This document shows positions 46,603 through 57,977 of a DNA stretch of 64,000 nt, in pieces. Under the pieces are notes generated by a model. It ran no database searches and was not told where the DNA came from. It worked only from the letters and a program-made list of their open reading frames with translations. Source of the DNA: an uncultured Gemmatimonadota bacterium (GTDB lineage Bacteria > Gemmatimonadota > Gemmatimonadetes > Longimicrobiales > Longimicrobiaceae); contig CADCTW010000187.1 of NCBI GenBank assembly GCA_902805735.1, positions 2,859-66,858 of the forward strand. The letters are read 5' to 3'. Every line of letters begins with the position of its first letter. Positions within the stretch are counted from its first letter, which is position 1. Position numbers and translations under genes: made by a program.

Positions 46603-47948
46603 CAACGATCTCCCCGGTCCTCTTCGCTCCACTCGCGGGGCTTGTCCGAGATCGGCTGCAGGATGATGAAGCTCGCCACCACCATCCCCAGCAGCACGAT
46701 CACCCCGATCCCCTGGCCCACGCGCGGCATGAGCTGGGCCACCTGGATGGTCAGGTAGGTGGTGGCCGCCCACACGATGGGCCCCGTGATGGCGGAAAAG
46801 CGCCCCACCATCCCGTACAGCCCGTAGAACTCGCCCACGCGCGCCGGCGGGGTGAGGCGCAGCATGTAAGGCCGGTCGGCCGCCCACACGCCGCCCAGCC
46901 CCACCCCCGCGCACGCCGCCACGATGTACAGGCACCAGAGCGGCAGCCCGAAGATGCCGATGGCGCCCGCGGCGGCGAAGATCGCCATCCACAGCACCAG
47001 CACGAAGTTGAGCGTGCGCCGGGGTCCGTGCCGGTCCGTCATCCACCCCCAGAAGAAGCCGCCCAGCACCGCGAAGGTGATGGCGGACATCAGGATGAGC
47101 TGCGCCTGCTTCTGCCCCTGCGCCTCGTCGAGCCCGGTGCTCACGGCGATGTTGACCGTGTACAGCGCCATGATGGAGATCACGGTGTTGATGGCGTCCG
47201 TGTAGAAGACGCGGCCCACCAGGAAGCGCACCAGCCCGGGGTAGCGCGCCCCTTCCCTGAGCGTGCGGATGGTCTGGGAGGTGGAGTCGCGCACCATCGC
47301 CAGGTCGATGCGGCGGGGGTGCGGGTTGCCGCGCTCGCGTACGAACAGGAAGCAGGGGATGGCCAGGAGGATGAAGGCGGCGGCGATGGCGGTGAAGAGG
47401 AGGGGCTTGTTCCCCGTCCCCAGCCACAGCCCGATTCCCACCGCGAAGTACGAGCCGATGTAGCCCACGCCCACCCCGATCCCGCCGATGCGCCCGCGGT
47501 TCTCCTCGGTGCTGACCTCCGGCAGGAGCGCGTCGTAGAACTGCAGCCCCGCCTGGTACGCCACGTTGGCCACGACGAAGCAGACCGCCGTCGTGTAGAA
47601 GCCGGCGCGCGCCAGCGTCGCCGTGAAGGCCACGCAGAGGACGGTGCTGGCGATCAGGAAGGGCATCCGCCTCGGCGCGCGGTCCGTCATGGCGCCCAGC
47701 AGCGGCGACACCATGAAGATGATCGCCATGGAGAGGGCCGTGATGATGCCGTACGTGGTGTCCGCGCGCTCCGCGCCCACCTGGTCGCGCACCCAGAGCG
47801 AGAAGTAGAGCGAGATCACGCCCATGGAGAAGATGGTGTTCGCCAGGTCGTAGAGCACCCAGCTCACCACGGCGCTGCGCTTGATCTCGTGCGGCGCCTT
47901 GTGCGGCACCGTGTCGGGCGCGGGGGGCGCGATTCCGGGGTCGAGCAT
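46602..47948 (-). CDS. MFS transporter (UMF1/Atg22 family)
   Basis: SWVLYDLAN, SPLLGAMTD, FYDALLP, GYIG, GEFYGLY; about 12 TMs. Confidence 0.9.
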   Translation of the reverse strand: MLDPGIAPPAPDTVPHKAPHEIKRSAVVSWVLYDLANTIFSMGVISLYFSLWVRDQVGAERADTTYGIITALSMAIIFMVSPLLGAMTDRAPRRMPFLIASTVLCVAFTATLARAGFYTTAVCFVVANVAYQAGLQFYDALLPEVSTEENRGRIGGIGVGVGYIGSYFAVGIGLWLGTGNKPLLFTAIAAAFILLAIPCFLFVRERGNPHPRRIDLAMVRDSTSQTIRTLREGARYPGLVRFLVGRVFYTDAINTVISIMALYTVNIAVSTGLDEAQGQKQAQLILMSAITFAVLGGFFWGWMTDRHGPRRTLNFVLVLWMAIFAAAGAIGIFGLPLWCLYIVAACAGVGLGGVWAADRPYMLRLTPPARVGEFYGLYGMVGRFSAITGPIVWAATTYLTIQVAQLMPRVGQGIGVIVLLGMVVASFIILQPISDKPREWSEEDRGDR

Positions 47949-47977
47949 GGAAGTGTGGGGGGTTCGGGGAACGGCTT

Positions 47978-48006
47978 GGTCACACAGAGGCACAGAGACA
48001 CAGAGA
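47978..48006. repeat. CACAGAG repeat, half element
   Basis: GGTCACACAGAGGCACAGAGACACAGAGA. Confidence 0.85.
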
Positions 48007-48015
48007 GGAGCGGTC

Positions 48016-49326
48016 CTACCTGGCGACTGTGGTGATGGCGTGCAGGCGGGCGGCAAGCTCGCGCTGGCGGGTGCGCAGCTCTTCGATCGTCGCGCGGCGG
48101 CGGGCGCGGAGGATGAAGCGCCTCGCTTCGCCCGTGGCGCGGCGCCAGCGGTCGCGCACGTGCAGCGTCACGATGCCCATCGCCGGGAGCGCGAGGAGGG
48201 CCGCCAGCCCCGCGAGCGGGCCGAAGCGCCAGCCCACGAGCGCGGCCAGGGCGGCGATCCAGAGCAGGTGGAGGACGGAGCCGATCAGCAGCTTGGTGGT
48301 CGCGCGCATGTCCGGGGTGGCGTGCGTGAGCCCGGCGGCGGGGCGGGTGAGGCGGTACGGGATGAAGAAAATCACCGTGCCCAGCGCCGCCACGGGGACG
48401 CCGAGCGCAAAGAAGGCGGCCTGCCGCGCGAGCCACCCGGCGGCCAGGGCCGTGCGGTTGCCGCCTTTGAGCTGCTCCGGCGTCATGCCCAGGACGCGGA
48501 GGGCGCGCGCGTGGCCGGCCACCTCGCGTGCGAGCGAGCGCCAGGGGCCGCGCTCGTCCTGGCGCAGGCGGGCCAGGGCGGCGGCGGCCTCGCGCATCCG
48601 CCGCACTCGCGCGGCGGGCACCGGGTCGGCCCCGATCTCGACGGAGTAGATGGCCTCCGCCGTTTCCAGGAGCGGCGCGTCTTCCCAGCGCTCCAGGTTG
48701 ATCGTCACGCGCTCCAGAGCCTCGGCGATGCGCGCGGTGAGCTCCTGCACGGCGCCGCGGTCGCCCTCGCCGCGCGCGGCCAGGTCGTCCCACGCCACCG
48801 GCTCGCCCACCACCGCCATCCCCTCCGAGCGGAAGGCTTCCTTGTCGCGGAAGACGAGCCCCACCGGCACCACGGGGAAGGCGCCCCCCGTGCGCGCCGC
48901 GGCGCCCAGCGCGATGCGGGCGGCGCCCGTCTTGAGCGGCGCCAGCGCGGGGCTGGTGTGGCTGATCCCCTCCGGGAAGATCCCCACCGCCGCCCCCGCC
49001 GCGAGCGCGTCCTGCACCGCGCGGAAGGTGTCGTCGTTGGCGCCGGCGGCGGCGGGGCCGTCCTGCCTGCGGTACACGGGGATGGCTCCCGAGCCGCGCA
49101 CCAGCCACCCCACCGCGCCGTGCGAGAAGAGGGGCGCCTTGGCCAGGAAGCGCACCGGCCTCCCCGCGACCGCCACCACCGCCGCCGGGTCCAGCAGCGA
49201 GTTGGGGTGGTTGGCCACCAGCAGCACGGGCCCCCGCTGCGGCACGCGCTCGCCCGTCACGCCCAGCCGGTAGAACACCCGGAGCGCGAAGCGCGACAGC
49301 GGCGAGAAGACGGGGAGGAGCCACAC
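48016..49326 (-). CDS. Lysophospholipid/glycerol acyltransferase family protein
   Basis: ANHPNSLLD (HX4D), FLAK, IPVYR, IFPEGIS, LKTGAARIAL. GTG start inferred. Confidence 0.88.
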   Translation of the reverse strand: MWLLPVFSPLSRFALRVFYRLGVTGERVPQRGPVLLVANHPNSLLDPAAVVAVAGRPVRFLAKAPLFSHGAVGWLVRGSGAIPVYRRQDGPAAAGANDDTFRAVQDALAAGAAVGIFPEGISHTSPALAPLKTGAARIALGAAARTGGAFPVVPVGLVFRDKEAFRSEGMAVVGEPVAWDDLAARGEGDRGAVQELTARIAEALERVTINLERWEDAPLLETAEAIYSVEIGADPVPAARVRRMREAAAALARLRQDERGPWRSLAREVAGHARALRVLGMTPEQLKGGNRTALAAGWLARQAAFFALGVPVAALGTVIFFIPYRLTRPAAGLTHATPDMRATTKLLIGSVLHLLWIAALAALVGWRFGPLAGLAALLALPAMGIVTLHVRDRWRRATGEARRFILRARRRATIEELRTRQRELAARLHAITTVAR

Positions 49327-49406
49327 GGGCGGGGCGCGGAAGGGGAGACGGACGGGCGGCGCATGGAATATCGTTCGGCGGCACCCGGGGGGAAAGGCCG
49401 GTGCCT

Positions 49407-49435
49407 CTCTCTGTGTCTCTGTGCCTCTGTGTGAG
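49407..49435. repeat. CACAGAG repeat, half element
   Basis: CTCTCTGTGTCTCTGTGCCTCTGTGTGAG. Confidence 0.85.
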
Positions 49436-49442
49436 ATTGCAG

Positions 49443-49472
49443 TTGCACCTGAGTTCCATACCGTGGTATCAT
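49443..49472 (+). promoter_or_regulatory. Candidate sigma70 promoter giving a leaderless mRNA
   Basis: TTGCAC-N18-TATCAT with a TG extension. The ATG begins 7 nt after the -10 box and there is no SD. Confidence 0.5.
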
Positions 49473-49478
49473 CGCCTG

Positions 49479-50492
49479 ATGCCGTCTCCGCCCGCCCCAC
49501 CCGCCAAATCGTTCGTGCCGCGACCCTTCCGCCCCGCGTGGTGGCTGCCGGGGGCGCACGGGCAGACCGTGGCCGGGCGCTACCTGCGCGAAAGGACGGG
49601 GGTGCACTACCGGCGCGAGCGGATGGAGACGGGGGACGGCGACTTCGTTGACCTGGATTGGGCCACCGTCGACGGCTTCGCGCTGCCGCCGGAGGCGCCG
49701 CTGGTGCTGCTGGTGCACGGGCTGGAAGGGAGCGCCAGGTCGTCGTACATGCTGGAGAGCTGCCGGGCGCTGGCGGAGCGCGGGATACGCGCGGTGGCGA
49801 TAAACTTCCGCTCGTGCAGCGGCGAGCCCAACCGCCTGCCGCGCTTCTACCACGCGGGCGACACCGCCGATCTCGCCGCCGTCCTCCGCCACCTGCGCGC
49901 CGCGGAGCCCGCCGCGGCTTTCGGCGCGCTGGGGTTCTCGCTGGGCGCCAACGTCCTCCTCAAGTACCTGGGAGAGCAGGGACAAGGTTCCGCGATCCGG
50001 GCCGCGGCGGCCGTGTCGGTGCCCTTCGACCTGATGGCGGGCGCCCTGTACATGGACTCCACCTTCATGGGGCGTGTGTACACGGAGGTGCTGCTGAAGT
50101 CGCTGCGCCGCAAGTTCGGGGACAGGGCGGAGCTGATCGGCGACCGCTGCGACGCGCCGCGCGCGCTCGCTTCGCGATCGTTCCGCGACTTTGACGATGC
50201 CGTGACGGCCCGTCTGCATGGTTTCCGGGACGTGGAAGACTACTACGGCTCGTCCAGCTCGGGGCAGTTCCTCCCCGCCATCCGGGTGCCCACCCTGCTG
50301 GTGCACGCGGCGGACGACCCCTTCGTCCCCCCGCACGCCATCCCGCGCGGCGCGGTCGAGGCCAATCCGCACCTGGCCGCCGTGTTCGTCGAGCACGGCG
50401 GCCACGTGGGCTTCATCCAGGGAAAGCCCTGGGCCCCGGAGTTCTGGGCCGAGCGCGAAGCGGCCCGCTTCCTCGCAGAGCGGCTCCCGTGA
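49479..50492 (+). CDS. YheT-family alpha/beta hydrolase
   Basis: HGQT, DGDFVDLDW, HGLEGS, GFSLGAN, DDPF, GGHVGF. Confidence 0.9.
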   Translation: MPSPPAPPAKSFVPRPFRPAWWLPGAHGQTVAGRYLRERTGVHYRRERMETGDGDFVDLDWATVDGFALPPEAPLVLLVHGLEGSARSSYMLESCRALAERGIRAVAINFRSCSGEPNRLPRFYHAGDTADLAAVLRHLRAAEPAAAFGALGFSLGANVLLKYLGEQGQGSAIRAAAAVSVPFDLMAGALYMDSTFMGRVYTEVLLKSLRRKFGDRAELIGDRCDAPRALASRSFRDFDDAVTARLHGFRDVEDYYGSSSSGQFLPAIRVPTLLVHAADDPFVPPHAIPRGAVEANPHLAAVFVEHGGHVGFIQGKPWAPEFWAEREAARFLAERLP

Positions 50493-50549
50493 GGAGGGGC
50501 TCGCGCCGACGCACCCGTCCGCGCCCGGCCGCCCTCTTTCACTCGTGCA

Positions 50550-50565
50550 TGGTACGCCCTTCGCA
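50550..50565 (+). promoter_or_regulatory. Candidate sigma54 promoter
   Basis: TGGTACG-CCCT-TCGCA, 16 nt before ATG 50581. Confidence 0.4.
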
Positions 50566-50580
50566 TGCAGGGGTGGCGTG

Positions 50581-51699
50581 ATGACCAGCCCGCCACCGCC
50601 CTCCGTCCGCCGCGGCCACGTGGAGGTGCTCCGCATCTTCGACGTGGCCGACGACATCGACCTGCGCAGAGTGGAGGAGCTCCTCGCGGGCCGGCAGAAC
50701 TATGCGCGCATCCGCCTGGCGCGCGTGGCACCCAAGGCGATCGCGTTCGGCGACCCGCCCATCGTCACCGACCTGCTGGCCCCCGCGGTGGAGGTGCTGG
50801 GGGTGCGCTGCGACACGCGGGCCACCGCGCGCATCCACTCGTTCGGCGTGGTCTCGGTGTCGCTGGAGGTGCGCCTCCCCCGCGTGATGCCGTGGGCGGA
50901 GTGGGAGGCCTTCGCCCGCGAGGCGGAGCGCGAGGCCGTGGCGCTCCCCTTCTGGCGCGGGCACCTGCAGGGGCTGCTGGACGCCATGCGCCCCGCCATG
51001 CACGACCCCAGCCCAGTGCGGCTGGAGGAAGATTACGCCATCGTGACCGTCCGCGAGCTGGACCCGCCCCTTTCCGCGGCCGAGCTGCAGGAAGCGGTGG
51101 ACCTGGTGCCGCTGCTGGCCCACGAGCGGCGCCCCCTCAGCGCCGCGGCGCGCGCAGAGGTGCTGCGCCACGCGCACGGGTACTACCTGGACGACCTGGT
51201 GATCCTCACCTGGGACCGCGCGTTCGTCCTGGAGCCGTCGGACGACGACGACATCGCGGACGTGCTGGAGGTGGCGAACGCGCAGCTCCTGGAGCTGCGC
51301 GTGTACGACGCGCTGATGGACGCCGAGCTGCCGCGCACCTACCAGGCGGCGGCGGCGGTGCAGGGGAGGCGGGCGCGGCTCAGCGGGCAGTACTCGCGCA
51401 CGGCGCACCAGATGCGGGCGCTGGTAGCCGAGGTCACGGAGATCACCGAAAAGGTGGACAACGCGCTCAAGGTCACCGAAGACGTGTACCTGGCGCGCGT
51501 GTACAGCTCGGCGCTGGAGCTCTTCCGCGTGCGCTTCTGGGCGGCGAGCATCGACCACAAGCTGGGGCTGATCCGCGACACGTACACCGCCCTCTACGAC
51601 GAGGCGGTGGCCACCCGCGCCGAGTGGCTGGAGGCGGCCATCGTGCTGCTGATCGTGCTGGAGCTCGTCATCGCCTTCGCGGGCGAGCTGCTGCGATAG
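50581..51699 (+). CDS. Conserved membrane-anchored protein (RMD1/DUF155-like)
   Basis: FGVVSV, LEVANAQLLELRVYD, C-terminal LEAAIVLLIVLEL TM. Confidence 0.65.
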   Translation: MTSPPPPSVRRGHVEVLRIFDVADDIDLRRVEELLAGRQNYARIRLARVAPKAIAFGDPPIVTDLLAPAVEVLGVRCDTRATARIHSFGVVSVSLEVRLPRVMPWAEWEAFAREAEREAVALPFWRGHLQGLLDAMRPAMHDPSPVRLEEDYAIVTVRELDPPLSAAELQEAVDLVPLLAHERRPLSAAARAEVLRHAHGYYLDDLVILTWDRAFVLEPSDDDDIADVLEVANAQLLELRVYDALMDAELPRTYQAAAAVQGRRARLSGQYSRTAHQMRALVAEVTEITEKVDNALKVTEDVYLARVYSSALELFRVRFWAASIDHKLGLIRDTYTALYDEAVATRAEWLEAAIVLLIVLELVIAFAGELLR

Positions 51700-51723
51700 G
51701 AAACAACGAGAACAGGGATCGAG

Positions 51724-52572
51724 ATGTCGGAAGGACTGGACCCGCAGGAGCAGCTGGCACAGTGGGGGCGCACGGTGGAGGAGCGGTTCGGACACCGCCT
51801 TTCGCTCAACGTCCCCAGCCGCAACAACCGCAAGGTCACGGCGCTGATCCAGCGCATCAACCAGGACGAGGAGCTGTACGCGCTCTGGCTGGCGGCCAAC
51901 GTCAACGCCGTGGAGCGTCTGGGGATGACGGACCACGGCCCCGTGCACGTGAAGATCGTGATGAACATCGCGATCAAGCTGCTGCGCATGCTCACGGAGC
52001 ACGGCGTGCAGCCCGGCGTGGTGGAGAACTACGGGATGGGGAACGACGACGCCGAGGTGGTGGTCGTCCTCGCCGCGCTCTGCCACGACCTGGGGATGTC
52101 CATCCACCGCGCCGACCACGAGGGGTTCTCGCTCTTCGTGGCGCAGCACAAGATCAAGGAGCTCCTCTCCGAGCTCTACGACGTCCCCACCGCCACCATC
52201 CTGCGCTCGGAGATCCTCCACGCCATCATCGCGCACCGCTCCGGCGGCAAGCCGCTGACCATCGAGGCGGGGATCGTGCGCGTGGCCGACGCGCTGGACA
52301 TGGCCAAGGGCCGCTCGCGCATCCCCTTCGCCACCGGCGCGGCGAGCATCCACTCCGTCTCCGCCGCGGCCATCGAGGCGGTGCACATCGAGCCCGGCGT
52401 CAACAAGCCGGTGCGGGTGCGCATCGAGATGTCCAACTCCGCCGGCGTCTTCCAGCTCGACCAGCTCTTCCGCGAGAAGCTGAAGGGGAGCGGGCTGGAG
52501 CCGTACATGGAGCTGGAGGCGCTGATCGAGGGCGAGGCCGAAAAGCGCCTGGTCACCTCGTTTCAGCTTTGA
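51724..52572 (+). CDS. HD-domain phosphohydrolase
   Basis: DHGPVH, CHDLGMSIHRADH, IAH, VADALDMAKGRSR. Confidence 0.85.
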   Translation: MSEGLDPQEQLAQWGRTVEERFGHRLSLNVPSRNNRKVTALIQRINQDEELYALWLAANVNAVERLGMTDHGPVHVKIVMNIAIKLLRMLTEHGVQPGVVENYGMGNDDAEVVVVLAALCHDLGMSIHRADHEGFSLFVAQHKIKELLSELYDVPTATILRSEILHAIIAHRSGGKPLTIEAGIVRVADALDMAKGRSRIPFATGAASIHSVSAAAIEAVHIEPGVNKPVRVRIEMSNSAGVFQLDQLFREKLKGSGLEPYMELEALIEGEAEKRLVTSFQL

Positions 52573-52587
52573 GACGCGCGGCCCGTC

Positions 52588-52721
52588 GCCGGCGACTGAA
52601 GTCGCTGCAACGAAAGCACGAAGTCGCCCTGCGGCGACTCGCCCCCTGTGCACCAGCGCCGGAGGAGGAGTCCGCGCAGGCGGACTTTGTGCCCTGGTTG
52701 CCGCGAGTTTACTCGCCAGGC
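52588..52721. repeat. REP/REPIN-like element (GCGACTGAAGTCGC family), copy 2
   Basis: GGCGACTGAAGTCGCTGCAAC...CACGAAGTC...GGACTTTGTG...GTTGCCGCGAGTTTACTCGCC. Confidence 0.8.
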
Positions 52722-52769
52722 ACGAATTGAGGCTGAAGAACGTCTACGGCGCTCCCTGAAGAACAGCAT

Positions 52770-52798
52770 GGCTCACACAGAGGCACAGGAACACGGAG
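52770..52798. repeat. CACAGAG repeat, degenerate half element at the RBS position
   Basis: GGCTCACACAGAGGCACAGGAACACGGAG. Confidence 0.7.
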
Positions 52799-52800
52799 AA

Positions 52801-53643
52801 GTGCGCGTGCTGGTCACCGGCGGGGCGGGGCTGCTGGGGAACACGCTGATCGCCACGGCGCCGACGGGGGTGGAGGTGCACGCGACGCGGCGCCGCGCCC
52901 CCGTCCACGGAGCCGCGGCGCACACGGTGGATCTCGCCGACGCGGCGGGGGTGGGCGCGCTCCTCGCGAGCATCCGCCCCCACGCCCTTATCCACACGGC
53001 GTACGGCAAGGACGATCCGGAGCGCGACATCCTCACCGCCTCGCGCGTCGTGGCGGAGGCGTGCGCGGCGGCCGGGGTGGCGCTCGTGCACGTCAGCACC
53101 GACCTGGTGCTGGACGGGGAGCATTCGCCCTACGACGAGGGCGCCGAGCCCGCGCCCATCGACCCGTACGGCCGCTGGAAGGCGGAGGCGGAGCGCGCCG
53201 TTTCCGCCGCGTGCCCCGGCGCCGCCATCGCCCGCACCTCCCTCATCGTCCGCGCGGACCCGCCGGACGGCATCACCGCGCGCCTGGTGGAGTCCCTCCG
53301 GGCGGGCGAGCCGTCGCGCCTGTACGTGGACGAGCTGCGCTGCCCGATCTTCGTGGAAGACCTCGCGCGCCAGCTCTGGGAGGTCGCCGCCCTCCCGCAC
53401 CGGGCCGGCGTGTGGAACCTGGTGGGCCCCGAAGCCCTCAGCCGCTTCACCATCGGCGCGCTGATCGCCCGCCGCTTCGGCCTGGACGCATCCTCCCTCG
53501 TTCCGGCGCGCAGCGGCGACCACCCGGTCCCGCGCCCCCGCGACCTGCGCCTCCTCACCCTCCGCGCCGACCGCGAGCTGAAGACGCGCGCAAGGACGAT
53601 CTCCCAAGCGCTGCTGCCGGCGGGCCCTCACCCGGCGGCCTGA
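52801..53643 (+). CDS. RmlD-like NAD(P)-dependent reductase (extended SDR)
   Basis: VLVTGGAGLLG, HVSTDLVLDG, YGRWKAEAE. The C-terminal GPHPAA* comes from the repeat. Confidence 0.82.
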   Translation: MRVLVTGGAGLLGNTLIATAPTGVEVHATRRRAPVHGAAAHTVDLADAAGVGALLASIRPHALIHTAYGKDDPERDILTASRVVAEACAAAGVALVHVSTDLVLDGEHSPYDEGAEPAPIDPYGRWKAEAERAVSAACPGAAIARTSLIVRADPPDGITARLVESLRAGEPSRLYVDELRCPIFVEDLARQLWEVAALPHRAGVWNLVGPEALSRFTIGALIARRFGLDASSLVPARSGDHPVPRPRDLRLLTLRADRELKTRARTISQALLPAGPHPAA

Positions 53644-53854
53644 TAGCCGCCACCCTCTCCCACAAACAGCGTGGGAGAGGGGACTACTTCGTGTGCGGCG
53701 AGCGGGTACCGTGCGCAACGACAGGGCGGTCGAAGCAAGCCTCGACCGCCCTGCTGCACGGATCATCACTATCGGGGAACGATACGGCGGCGATCGCGCG
53801 CACCGAACCCAAGTCCCCTCTCCCAGGGCAGTTACTGGGAGAGGGTGGCGGCTG

Positions 53855-53875
<21 letters not shown>
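53623..53875. repeat. CCCTCACC REP-like element, type C, overlapping both flanking stop codons
   Basis: TIR GGCCCTCACCCGGCGGCCTGA(T/C)AGCCGCCACCCTCTCCCA at both ends; CTCTCCCA/TGGGAGAG hairpins. Confidence 0.9.
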
Positions 53876-56224
<2,349 letters not shown>

Positions 56225-56448
56225 GGTGTTTCGATCGATGAAGGATGCAGCGCAGCCCGCGCTCGGGCGAGGGTAGCCGAACAGAATAGCGGAACGTCGG
56301 GGGATCAACAACGCATCCGGTGGGGCCGGCGACGGGGCTGTTCTCCGCAATCTCCAAATGTTTGCTGGATCTGTGTATTCCCCTTCGCTACCGTTCCGAT
56401 GCGGCCAAAGTTCCCAGCCGTGTCCACTTTCATGGGGAGGGTAACGGT

Positions 56449-57798
56449 ATGACATGCGTGGAAAAACGCTACGAGTGTCGGGTACCCGAGTATGCACTCA
56501 CGGGACCGCAGGTGGAACCCGAGGCGAGCTTTTGGAACCACTGCCCGCAGCTCCGAATGGTGTCTCTCAAAGAGCTGACCGACGTCACGGACGACCGGAA
56601 CGACCCGAGGTACTTCCCGCCCTACCCCGATTTCTGCTCGTCTGCCGGCCAAAAGGAAATTCGCCGCGAGTTTGAAGAGCTCGTGGACCTGTCCAAGCGG
56701 CGCGACGACCCCTGCGAGCTGGTGTCGAAAGGCGATTGCCCCGCGCTCACGCGGACGCCGTGCGAGCCCCGAAAGGACCTTCCCAAGGCGTTCGGTTGCC
56801 GGGCGCCGGTCAGCCGCCTCTTCAATCTGATGCCGCCCGCTCTGGGCGCGGTGCAGGTGAACCGCCTTCCGGGACAGCAGGTGATCCGGACGGGCCGCGG
56901 TATGGCGCGCGCCGTGGAGGCGGAGACGCCGGGAATCTTCCACCGCCATGCGCTCAACTACCTCATCACGACTCGCGCCTGGTCACCGCCGCGCCAGGCC
57001 CTCGTCTGGGCCGCGCTGGACGTGGCCATCGCCAGCGCGCTGCAGGCGGCGTGGTACTACAAGTGGCTGAGCCCACGCCAGTTCACTTCGCGCCGTCCGC
57101 GCCCCATCGAATATGCGCGCTCCAACCGGCTGCAGCTCGACGTGCTCTACGACCGGCCGGACGAGCTCAACCCGATGTACATCACGTGTCCCGATGCGAG
57201 GCCCTGCGCAGATCCACGTGGCTTCAGCCCGGGAACGCCCCGCCACCCCGCTTACCCGTCGGGACACAGCACCTATGCCGGCGCGGCTAGCACCGTGCTC
57301 GCCTACTTCTTCGGCAACGACGACACGCCCGAGTTCCTCGCGCCGGGGGCGCCACCCAGCAAGATCGGTGACGAGCTTCGCAACATGGCCGACAACATCG
57401 GCTTCGGTCGCATGTGGGCTGGCATCCACTGGCGCAGCGACCATGAAGCGGGCCTCAAGCTGGGGCAGGTGGTAGGCTGCCTGGTGTTGCGTCAGCTCGC
57501 CAGCATCTGCGGCGGGTCGTTTGAGCTCTGCCCGGCCATGCCTCCGGCGCGCAGCCAGTGCAGCTGCCGCGACTCCGCCCCGTGCCCCGCCACGAAGCCG
57601 CCGAGCTGCCGCGATCTGAAGAGACAGGCCGAGGCTTGCAAGAAAGCATGCCCACCCTGCGGGCAGAGCAACACCGACGTGCCGGACCCGTGCGGCGAAT
57701 CCATGGCGGATGCGCGGACAGCCGACGGCATGCGTGCCGCCAGGCCGGAAGACCTCGACCGCCGCAGCGTGCAGCAGGGTGGTGTGCCACAACAATAG
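56449..57798 (+). CDS. Vanadium-dependent haloperoxidase / PAP2-like protein with Cys-rich termini
   Basis: GGGAGG RBS; AWYYKW...RPRP, TPRHPAYPSGHS, GRMWAGIHWRSD. Confidence 0.8.
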   Translation: MTCVEKRYECRVPEYALTGPQVEPEASFWNHCPQLRMVSLKELTDVTDDRNDPRYFPPYPDFCSSAGQKEIRREFEELVDLSKRRDDPCELVSKGDCPALTRTPCEPRKDLPKAFGCRAPVSRLFNLMPPALGAVQVNRLPGQQVIRTGRGMARAVEAETPGIFHRHALNYLITTRAWSPPRQALVWAALDVAIASALQAAWYYKWLSPRQFTSRRPRPIEYARSNRLQLDVLYDRPDELNPMYITCPDARPCADPRGFSPGTPRHPAYPSGHSTYAGAASTVLAYFFGNDDTPEFLAPGAPPSKIGDELRNMADNIGFGRMWAGIHWRSDHEAGLKLGQVVGCLVLRQLASICGGSFELCPAMPPARSQCSCRDSAPCPATKPPSCRDLKRQAEACKKACPPCGQSNTDVPDPCGESMADARTADGMRAARPEDLDRRSVQQGGVPQQ

Positions 57799-57977
57799 CC
57801 GACGGCGACTCGCCCTGGGATGGAGCGTGCGGACGGCCCTGCCGTCCGCACGCTCCGCGCTTGCCCGCGCCGCGCGCCGTGGAGGACTGGTCCGATCCAG
57901 CGCGCGCAAATAACTTCTACGGCTCGCCGTCCGCTACTTCCGCCGCGCTTCCGCGGCGACTGACCGGTACCGACCTG

